DNA of 64,000 nt from NCBI GenBank assembly GCA_039931675.1, contig JBDTRM010000170.1:2374-66373 (forward strand), read 5' to 3'. Every line of letters begins with the position of its first letter. Positions within the stretch are counted from its first letter, which is position 1. A program made the translations under genes and the position numbers. Positions 40,201 to 47,359 of this stretch are shown here, in pieces. Origin of the DNA: Bacteroidia bacterium (lineage in GTDB: Bacteria > Bacteroidota > Bacteroidia > AKYH767-A > OLB10). The notes under the pieces are model-generated. The model was given only the letters and a program-made list of their open reading frames with translations. It ran no database searches and was not told where the DNA came from.

Positions 40201-40576
40201 GTTTTTCAAGGCCTTTTATTTCTTTGAATTCGTTATTGCCTAATCGAAGCTTTCTTAATCGAGTGAGTTGTTCTAAGCCTTTAATTTCGGTGAGTTGGTT
40301 ATCCCTTAAACCAAGAATGGTTAGTTGAGTGAGATTATCTAAGCCTTTTATTTCTTTAAGTTGGTTATTGCTTAAATCAAGATTAGTTAGTTGAGTGAGC
40401 TTTTCTAAGCCTTTTATTTCTGTGAGTTGGTTACGGCTTAAATTAAGTTCAGTTAATTGTGTGAGCTTAGAAAACTCCAAAGGGATTTCAGTTAATTCCA
40501 ATTCAGATAAATCAAGTGTAGAAGCATTACTTTTTTTGGCTTCTCGTATTCTGTCTAAGGCAATTTTTAATGACAT
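37205..40576 (-). CDS. ROCO protein: LRR array, Roc (Ras-like) GTPase, COR, and a C-terminal DUF4062/TIR-like module
   Basis: About 16 tandem 22-aa LRRs ('LTQLT.L.L..NQLTEIKGLEQL'). The P-loop GDGRSGKT lies at nt 39173-39196 (aa 461-468) and DFAGQ at nt 39029-39043 (aa 512-516). A COR-sized region follows, containing 'PCICEGCRTG'. The C-terminus reads 'ILNLFLASSNELINERE...LLIWED...CNLFMMLFYSKVGKYSSEEFKLA'. Confidence 0.8.
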   Translation of the reverse strand: MSLKIALDRIREAKKSNASTLDLSELELTEIPLEFSKLTQLTELNLSRNQLTEIKGLEKLTQLTNLDLSNNQLKEIKGLDNLTQLTILGLRDNQLTEIKGLEQLTRLRKLRLGNNEFKEIKGLEKLSQLSELDLSEDNIHRRVKSLESLTPPTEPNLGGKLSVIKGLEELTQLTTLNLSGNQISEIQGLEPLTKLTNLDLSDNQLTEINGLEQLTQLTMLRLGNNQFKEIKGLELLIHLTLFDLGSNQLTEIKGLEKLIQLTGLLLDHNKITEIKGLEQLTKLTTLDLSHNQITEIQGLEQLTQLTDLVLNDNQLTEIKGLGKLIQLTSLSLDQNQLSGIQGLEQLKQLTILDLSHNQITEMKGLEQLIQLTSLHLNDNQLTEISEYLLRLDLPIKWKIDFNISTLWEDATGRRINVDNNPFTNPPPDIIKKGNKAIQEYFDQSRKSGTELLNEAKLILLGDGRSGKTSLANRLLGEELPTQADRTQGVDIIIGAYSFPLANGKDFKINIWDFAGQDKYKTLHQLFYTESSLYVMVAESGNMTTDYDDWFQTAALFGEGSPLVLVLNEFKTGIGMGSFDSNYWKKQFPELLKEVFTVNLGTKQDFQAAEKYIHLLAQTLPHTKYTFPSNWAAIRRILNERRNDQYITLHEYLKICKENNLPERESALILSSVLHKVGDCLHYQKSELLKQYIILNNKWATDAVYRVLDDKEVAEHKCGFFNQSDLKRIWDSPEYEDMRPQLLELMKQFKLAYQLPGKDEFVTPPLLPPGRPEDFSWPEEDSLELYIEYEFLPKALLTQFIVTRYADIAKGRTLVWRYGVILNWEDEALAEVSKTKLQGRDAFYIRTQGTNRKGMMTVILKTFRALHADYKGIKYKEKVPCICEGCRTGKNKQHYFDLINLQFRLEKERYEVECDNSLETLNVIELLENTFVFEKYKEGQTLLLKEKVVREGSAEFRILNLFLASSNELINEREKIEQALGRKNKELRKKGFLIELLIWEDGKHVGKSLRSQDNYNLEIQQCNLFMMLFYSKVGKYSSEEFKLAKSLFENKQMPRINIFQKDIDLPKAQGKTDANSRFDFLELLKEIEHFPVLFENTDKLINELEGAIDKLLQDEAFVKELKVE
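39422..40519 (-). repeat. 66-bp DNA-level tandem repeats encoding the LRR array
   Basis: The words 'ttctaagcct(t)t(t/a)atttc(t/g)gtgagttggtt' recur with 66-nt spacing. One unit is degenerate ('DLSEDNIHRRVKSLESLTPPTEPNLGGKLSV'). Confidence 0.8.
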
Positions 40577-40900
40577 AATTGGAATTTATTTTCGATAAAT
40601 TTTAAGTGAGTTCAGGCGTTCTCTATCTCACCCGCAGGAGTTTTCGATAACAATTAAATATCCACAACAAACCTAATAAAACTTTCGCTTATCAGACATA
40701 CAATTTATGGATAACAGAACTTTGCACCCTCCCGTTCCTAACCCTCCACATACCCCCCAATTGTAACCCTTCCGCAAAACCAATCTCAACACAATAAAAT
40801 AAAATCGCGTAGCACAAAAAAGAATAACCTGTTGAAGGAATCTATTCAAGATACTGTAATTCGAAGTCCAGTAAACAGTAAATGTTTCGGGTAATATCCC

Positions 40901-41845
40901 CTACTTGTAAATTTTTTTCCCTGCCCTGTATTTAGCAAGATTGATAAGCAAAACGCTTGCAAGTATAATTACCAAACCAATTATTTGAAGAGCAGAAATT
41001 TTTTCGGATGCAAAGAACACTCCAAGCAAAACGGCTACCACAGGATTAACATAAGCATAAGTGCTCACCTGCGCGGAAGGGCGCACCTGGAGCAACCACA
41101 CATAAGCCGTATATGCGGCAATGGAGCCAAAAAGAATTAAATAGAAAAGTGAAAGCCATGCTTCAACTGAAATATTTTGCCATTGTAAATGTTGAGGTTC
41201 TCCGAGCAAAAAAGAAACCGGTACGAATGGAATACCGGCAGCAAACATTTGCCATCCTACATTTACCGTGTTGGAGCCTGAAGTAGCTTTATATTTTGAA
41301 TAGATAGAGCCGGCTGTCCAGCTAAAGTTTCCTCCAAGCACCAGGAGCATTGCGCCCAGCTCAACATGATTACCGGTAACAGAAAATAAACTGCTTATCT
41401 TTTCACTGAATAGAAATACAATTCCGATAAGGCCGATAACTAACCCCATAACCGTAGATTTATTTGTAAAGTTCTCTTTCCATTTTTGCTTATCCATCAA
41501 CACAAACCAAATCGGAGCAGAAGAAATCAATATAGCCACCAGCGCACTCGGTAAATATTGTTCAACCCATATCACCACTCCTGTGCCAAGCGATAAGGTG
41601 AAGAATCCGCTTATAACTGATTGTTTAATATTCTTCAGGTTAAAGAGTTTGTCACCTCTGAAAAAACTCCACGCTAACATTAAAGTGCCTGCAATCAGAA
41701 ACCGTAATGCTCCCATTATCATGGGAGGAAAACCTTGCAATCCTATAAGAATAAAAAAATAGGTGGAGCCCCACACTATGTAAACTGTAGCAAATGAAAG
41801 TATAACCAGGAAGGGGGATGCGATCTTGTTTTTTGAATCTGTCAT
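40901..41845 (-). CDS. EamA/DMT-family transporter
   Basis: 314 aa with about 10 TM segments in two similar halves, the typical EamA architecture. Confidence 0.75.
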   Translation of the reverse strand: MTDSKNKIASPFLVILSFATVYIVWGSTYFFILIGLQGFPPMIMGALRFLIAGTLMLAWSFFRGDKLFNLKNIKQSVISGFFTLSLGTGVVIWVEQYLPSALVAILISSAPIWFVLMDKQKWKENFTNKSTVMGLVIGLIGIVFLFSEKISSLFSVTGNHVELGAMLLVLGGNFSWTAGSIYSKYKATSGSNTVNVGWQMFAAGIPFVPVSFLLGEPQHLQWQNISVEAWLSLFYLILFGSIAAYTAYVWLLQVRPSAQVSTYAYVNPVVAVLLGVFFASEKISALQIIGLVIILASVLLINLAKYRAGKKIYK

Positions 41846-41878
41846 AAATATGGTTTCGCCTCAATAAGGCATCAAGCC

Positions 41879-42178
41879 TTATTCCTGCATTCTGCTTTTT
41901 AAGTCCATTCTTTCATGAAGGATTCTCAAAATTTCGATTTCTCTGAAGTTAGCCTGGCGATAAAATACAATGTGTTTTCCTACGCGAATTCCTAATAATT
42001 CTGTGGAAATTTCTTCGTAATGTTTTCCGATATCTGGATTTTTTGCTATTTCTTTAAAGGCTGCAATGAGAAGCTCATAATATTTGTCAGCTTGATTTTC
42101 TGACCAGGCTTCGTAAGTGTAATTCCAAATTTCAGAAAGGTCATCTGAAGCTTTATTAGTTAAAAAATATTTAGCCAT
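41879..42178 (-). CDS. parE: type II toxin, RelE/ParE family (ParE)
   Basis: 99 aa. 'L...A..DL.EIW.Y......E.QADKY...L...F..I...P..G........LLGIRVGKHIVFYR....EIEILRILHERMD' fits the ParE pattern. It overlaps the upstream antitoxin gene by 8 nt. Confidence 0.8.
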   Translation of the reverse strand: MAKYFLTNKASDDLSEIWNYTYEAWSENQADKYYELLIAAFKEIAKNPDIGKHYEEISTELLGIRVGKHIVFYRQANFREIEILRILHERMDLKSRMQE

Positions 42179-42431
42179 TCTTTCTTCTACCGGCTTTTAA
42201 TAACTGTAAGTGCTTTTTAGGATTGAAGTTTTTTACAATTCCACTTTCAATGCCTTCCTGAATTGCATTTTTCAGAGCTACAACTTTGTTTTCTTCCTCC
42301 TCTAATAGCCGTAACCCTGCCCGTATTACTTCACTTGCATTTTTATATCGTCCTTTAGATATCCTCTTCTCCACAAAATCTTCAAAGTAGTTTCCTAATG
42401 ATACAGAAGTGTTTCGCCTCATAATTTTCAA
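42171..42431 (-). CDS. parD: type II antitoxin, ParD family (ribbon-helix-helix)
   Basis: 'RNTSVSLGNYFEDFVEKRISKGRYKNASEVIRAGLRLLEEEE' is the ParD/COG3609-type signature. The start may be the Met at 42422. Confidence 0.8.
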   Translation of the reverse strand: MKIMRRNTSVSLGNYFEDFVEKRISKGRYKNASEVIRAGLRLLEEEENKVVALKNAIQEGIESGIVKNFNPKKHLQLLKAGRRKNG

Positions 42432-42447
42432 ATTTAAATTTTAGCAA

Positions 42448-42468
42448 AGTTACCAAAATATGGTAACT
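42448..42468. promoter_or_regulatory. palindromic candidate operator AGTTACCA-AAATA-TGGTAACT upstream of parD
   Basis: Perfect 8-bp inverted repeat 17-37 nt upstream of the parD start. Type II TA operons are typically autoregulated through such sites. Confidence 0.5.
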
Positions 42469-42564
42469 GCTTGTCGCGGTTTTCTTATTTTTTATATCTG
42501 ACAATCGTTTGACATTTCAATTCAATCCTTATCAATATCGACCGATTTTTTAAAATTAAACTTG

Positions 42565-43257
42565 TTATTCTTTGCTTCCATTGAAAGCCTTTAATCCATT
42601 TTCCTTTTTTTCATTTTGAAGCAAAATATCAACAAGCGCCAACAATATAAATATGAATCCGATGATAAAAGAATCAACTTTAATGTAACGAAAATAAAAA
42701 ACTGCAATGCAACCACACATGGCAATCTGCCAAACTAAAAGCAGCAATTCTACCCTTGTATGTTTTTTATAATTAGACAATTGAATGATAGATTTGACAG
42801 TTATTATCATCAGGCAACTGAAGATAATAATATTGCCACCTGGCCAATACATGTACCTAAGCAAACATCCCAATAGGATGAAGGGAATAAACCAAATCCA
42901 CCTGCTGTTTCGAAAATCTGACCTGTTCAAATAAATATAGTAACCTAATGTTGTAATAAAAATTACTCCGCCTGTTACTTTGAGTATATTATTCAGAAAA
43001 AGGAAATCCATAATTTTTACAGGATAACTAAGCAGTAATATTAATCCGCCAATTACCACATAATTCCATTGCTTGCTTTTTGCCAGCTTCTTTGTAAAAA
43101 CAGAAGCTATGATGCCCGATGCTGCTCCGCTGAACAATGCCGCAATCATTAATTTATCTGAAAAATTGTTTTGAGGCATCACCACTGAAATTATAAAACC
43201 GCTAAGGGAAAGTATAAATGCAACCGTAAGAATACTTAACGAGGTGTTTAATTTCAT
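42565..43257 (-). CDS. hypothetical polytopic membrane protein (about 6 TM)
   Basis: 230-aa hydrophobic ORF immediately downstream of the kinase array. I recognise no family. Confidence 0.5.
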   Translation of the reverse strand: MKLNTSLSILTVAFILSLSGFIISVVMPQNNFSDKLMIAALFSGAASGIIASVFTKKLAKSKQWNYVVIGGLILLLSYPVKIMDFLFLNNILKVTGGVIFITTLGYYIYLNRSDFRNSRWIWFIPFILLGCLLRYMYWPGGNIIIFSCLMIITVKSIIQLSNYKKHTRVELLLLVWQIAMCGCIAVFYFRYIKVDSFIIGFIFILLALVDILLQNEKKENGLKAFNGSKE

Positions 43258-43298
43258 GGTGCGTTACTATAAATATTATCGCGATTCTTCGTTTCGCA

Positions 43299-45197
43299 TT
43301 AGCAATACCTCGGCATAGTTAATTCAATTATAGTTCCCTTCTCAATAACAGAATCTATTTTAATCGTGCCTTTAATTTCTTCAGCACGATGTTGCATGTT
43401 ATTCAATCCTCCGCGGTGTTTTATTCCATCATCATCAAAACCTTTCCCATTGTCATCAATTTTCATGTGAATGTTTTTCTCATAAAAAGTCAGTGAAAGT
43501 TTTGCAACAGTGCATTGAGAATATTTAGAAAGATTATTCACTGCTTCTTTAAATATCAGGTACATGTTATTCTTCACTTCCATGTTGAGCCTGCATTCCA
43601 TTTTCTCTACTGGGAAGTTAAATACGTAATCAATATTTTTTGCTTCCAATATTGTCGTTGCATATTCTCTCATGCGGCTCATCACTTCTTCAATGGTATC
43701 GTTACCCGGATTAATGTTCCATATAATATCACTCATATTATCTAACAGGCGCTGGCTACGTTCATTTATTTTTTCTAAAGATAATTTTGCTTTTTCATCA
43801 CCCGTATGATGCAAATTGGTTTGAGCGGTGCGGCTTAAAATATTTATGCTGCTAAGTGTGCTACCTATATCATCATGCAAATCGCGGCTAAGCCGGTTGC
43901 GCATTTTTTCCATTTCTATTTTACTTTTCAGCTGGTTTCTGTTGATGAGTAAAACAATTAGTAATACCAATAAGATAGAACCAACAATAAACGTATTGCG
44001 AATGAGCTTTTGTTGTTGAAGTTGCTGTTGGGTTACAATATCTTTTTGATTCTGTTCTAATTCCCGGATTTTATTTTTTTGAACTACATTATTAAAACTT
44101 CTTTTTGCTTCAAGCTCAAGCAATTTATTTTTCTCATCATTTTCAATCAGGCTATCCTTCAAATCTATATGAAGCCGGTAATATTTGATTGCCTCAAGGG
44201 GTTTGTTTAGTTTTTCAAAAGTGGTAGCAAAATCTAAATATGAACCTGAAACTCTGCCAAAGCTTTTTATACGCTGCGAAATTTTCAAATGCTCTTTCAA
44301 ACATTCTAAAGCATTATTGTATTGTTTTAAATCAACATACACTTTTGCTATATTCCGGTAGCAATCCGCTACACCACCTGAATCGTGGAGTGCACGGGAA
44401 TAAAATTGAGCCTTGTAGTAACATTTAATACTCTCAATAAATTTTTTTTGAGTATTGTAAACACCAGCTTTATTAAAAACCGTGTTCGCAAGTTGATTTG
44501 TATCCCCACTTATTTTTAGTAACTCCTCAGCCTTTTCATTATAGAGGATTGACGAATCATACTTTGAAGTAAAGTAATAAATGATGGCAATTTCAGAGTA
44601 TGATTTTGCAGCGTCTTTCAAATTGCTTTCGATTGCTCAAGCTTTAACGACTGTCTGAAATTATCCATAGCCAAAGAATAATTTTGAAGTACAATTTGAT
44701 TCCAGCCGATACTATACGCTGCTTTTGCGATTTCATCAACATCATTTTTGAGTAAGGCGATGTTCATCCATTTTTGCCCATACTCAAGTGATTTTTGATT
44801 TGCGCCATTTAATAGAAAAACATTAGAAAGCTTACCAAAATTATGCATGATGGTAGAAGAGTCCTTTTCTTTTTCACTTATGGTCAATGCAGAATAATAA
44901 TTGCTGAAAGCCTCAGAGTAATTTTCCTGTTCCAAAAAAATATCACCAATATCTCTATAGCAATTTGCTATGGCTGATTCATTCAAAAGTTTCTCAAAAA
45001 TGTTCTTTGCTTCAACAATTAATTTATATGCGGCTTCCCAATCTTTTGATTTTATTTTACAAATTCCTTCATTTCGCAGGGCAACAGCTTTGAATCAATC
45101 TTACTTTGCTTTTGCGAAAAGCTTTTAAAAGAACAACTAAATGCCAACAGGAAGGAGAGCAGAAAAGAAAAAGGTTTAACAAGCGTTTTGTTTTTCA
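43299..45197 (-). pseudogene. TPR-sensor histidine kinase (HisKA_3 + HATPase), third paralogue, disrupted by two frameshifts
   Basis: A signal-peptide fragment 'MKNKTLVKPFSFLLSFLLAFSCS...' (45051-45197) ends in TAA. The TPR part continues in another frame (44618-44986 and upstream). The kinase part (43299-44621) starts only at a TTG overlapping that frame's TGA (sequence TTGA). The combined length is about that of the intact paralogues. Confidence 0.7.
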
Positions 45198-45229
45198 TCA
45201 GATTTAAATTCCACTTTGAAAAAGAAAGA

Positions 45230-47287
45230 TTAGCAATACCTTGGCATAGTTAATTCTATTTCTGTTCCTCTTTCAATAACAGAATTTATTTTAATAGTGC
45301 CTTTAATTTCTTCAGCACGATGCTGCATGTTATTCAATCCTCCGCGATGTTTTGTTTCATCATCATTAAAACCTTTTCCATTGTCTTCAATTTTTATGTG
45401 AATGTTTTTCTCATCAAAAGTCAGTGACAGTTTTGCAATAGTGCAGCCTGAATATTTAGAAAGGTTATTTACCGCTTCTTTAAAAATCAAATACATGTTA
45501 TTCTTCACTTCCATATTAAGCCTGCAATCCATTATTTCTTTAGGGAAGTTAAATACGTAATCAATATTTTTTGCTTCCAATATTGTTGTTGCATATTCTC
45601 TCATGCGGCTCATCACTTCTTCTATCGTATCGTTAGCGGGATTTATATTCCAGATAATATCACTCATGTTGTCTAACAGGCGCTGGCTACGTTCATTGAT
45701 TTTCTCTAATGAGGATTTTGTTTTTTCATCACCCGTATGATGCAAATTAGTTTGTGCGGTGCGACTTAAAATATTTATGCTGCTTAGTGTGCTCCCAATA
45801 TCATCGTGCAAATCACGGCTCAGCCTGTTGCGCATTTTTTCCATAGCTATTTTATGCTTCAGTTGGTTTCTGTTGATGAGTAAAACAATCACTAACAACA
45901 ATAATATAGAACCAACAATAAAAGTATTGCGAATGAGTTTTTGTTTTTGAAGTTGCTGTTGGGCTATAGCATCTTTTTTATTTTGCATCAGCATCTCCCT
46001 CGTTTTTTGCTCGTCATACTCGGCTTGAAATTTTTCTTTGATGACTGCTTTTCTAACATCTTCATTTTTCATTTTATCCCGATGTAAAATATATTCTTGA
46101 TAATGAAGAAAAGCATCTTTGTAGTTACCGGTTAGCGAATCAATATGAACAAGCATAAGTTTAGCATCAGAAATCCAATCTATAGCATCAATTTCTTTAT
46201 TAACAGCAAGAAATTTGTTCGTAAATAGTTTTGCCTTGCCGTAATCTTTTGCCATAAAGTAATCCTTTGCCAATCTGTAAAATTGAAAACCCATTGTAGC
46301 ATCTCCTCTGGTCTTTGCTACTTCCAATGCCTTGTAATGGTATTTAAGTGCATTTTCAATATCGCCTTGTTTTCTATAAGTATCACCAATGTTTCCAAGT
46401 ATTCCCTGAACCACATTCGTGTTATGCGTTTTTTCGAACATGGTTAAAGCTATTTTAAAATTTTCTAAAGCTTTTTTATAATTGTTATTATCTAAATATT
46501 CCAAACCATAGTAATTGTATATTATATAGGTCTCTTCTTCGTTTTTAATTCGTGTAAACAACGTCATAGCTTCTTGCATGCATGCCAATGCATTTTTAAA
46601 ATCGTGCATTGACCTATACATTACGCTCATGTAATTAATTATTCGAGCAATACGAAGTGTATCTTTTAATTCCTTGTAAATGGATAAACCTCTTTGACAA
46701 TTAACTATTGCCTGTGAAAACTCGCTCTGTTTATAATAAAAAGTAGCAATATTAAGATAACAATCAGCTATAATCTTTTTGTCTTTACTTAGTTGAGCCA
46801 ATTTTAATCCCTTTTGAAAATACTCGATGGCTATTGGAATATTGCCTTGGTCACTATAGTAACGGCTGATTTTTAAAATTGCATTAACGACACCTTCATC
46901 ATCCTTCGCTTCTCTATACATGTATAATACCTTTTGATAACAAAAAAACTCTTTGACTGAATCATGTATATCTTCATAATAATACCCTAAAAATTTATAC
47001 GCCTTAGCTTTATAGTCTATAATATCCTTCCTCTGTTTATCATTATTTGTTTGTGAAAGAAGTCTATCGGCTAATTGTAACGCAGGTTCCGCATATTTTA
47101 AATTATCCTCCGGTTCATTTATTTCACAAAGTGAGAGATAAGTTTTCAACCTGATAGTATCTTCTTTTGTATTCGCTAAAACCTTAAGCAGCGAATCCAC
47201 ACTGGAAAGATTACCGGAAAGTGCAATCTTATGGAGTAAACAAAACAAAATGAAAACGAAGAAGCCTTTTAGATTTATAATTTTCAT
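45230..47287 (-). CDS. TPR-sensor histidine kinase (HisKA_3 / NarX-LiaS-DesK type)
   Basis: Signal peptide, about 400 aa of TPR-like repeats, and one TM ('FIVGSILLLLVIVLLI'). The H-box is 'LSRDLHDDIGSTLSSI', the N-box 'IFKEAVNNLSKY' and the G-box 'DNGKGF...GGLNNM'. Confidence 0.85.
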   Translation of the reverse strand: MKIINLKGFFVFILFCLLHKIALSGNLSSVDSLLKVLANTKEDTIRLKTYLSLCEINEPEDNLKYAEPALQLADRLLSQTNNDKQRKDIIDYKAKAYKFLGYYYEDIHDSVKEFFCYQKVLYMYREAKDDEGVVNAILKISRYYSDQGNIPIAIEYFQKGLKLAQLSKDKKIIADCYLNIATFYYKQSEFSQAIVNCQRGLSIYKELKDTLRIARIINYMSVMYRSMHDFKNALACMQEAMTLFTRIKNEEETYIIYNYYGLEYLDNNNYKKALENFKIALTMFEKTHNTNVVQGILGNIGDTYRKQGDIENALKYHYKALEVAKTRGDATMGFQFYRLAKDYFMAKDYGKAKLFTNKFLAVNKEIDAIDWISDAKLMLVHIDSLTGNYKDAFLHYQEYILHRDKMKNEDVRKAVIKEKFQAEYDEQKTREMLMQNKKDAIAQQQLQKQKLIRNTFIVGSILLLLVIVLLINRNQLKHKIAMEKMRNRLSRDLHDDIGSTLSSINILSRTAQTNLHHTGDEKTKSSLEKINERSQRLLDNMSDIIWNINPANDTIEEVMSRMREYATTILEAKNIDYVFNFPKEIMDCRLNMEVKNNMYLIFKEAVNNLSKYSGCTIAKLSLTFDEKNIHIKIEDNGKGFNDDETKHRGGLNNMQHRAEEIKGTIKINSVIERGTEIELTMPRYC

Positions 47288-47359
47288 TTGAAATATGCCT
47301 GGTTTGTTTTAACGGGTCTTTTATGCTGTTACGTTGATACTAATTCTCACGCTGTTAAT

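Noticed and set aside
44618-44986. 122-aa TPR ORF as an independent gene.
   Set aside because: It lacks a signal peptide and a kinase domain of its own. It is flanked in other frames by the missing N- and C-terminal parts of a kinase paralogue, so it is better explained as the middle fragment of a frameshifted gene.
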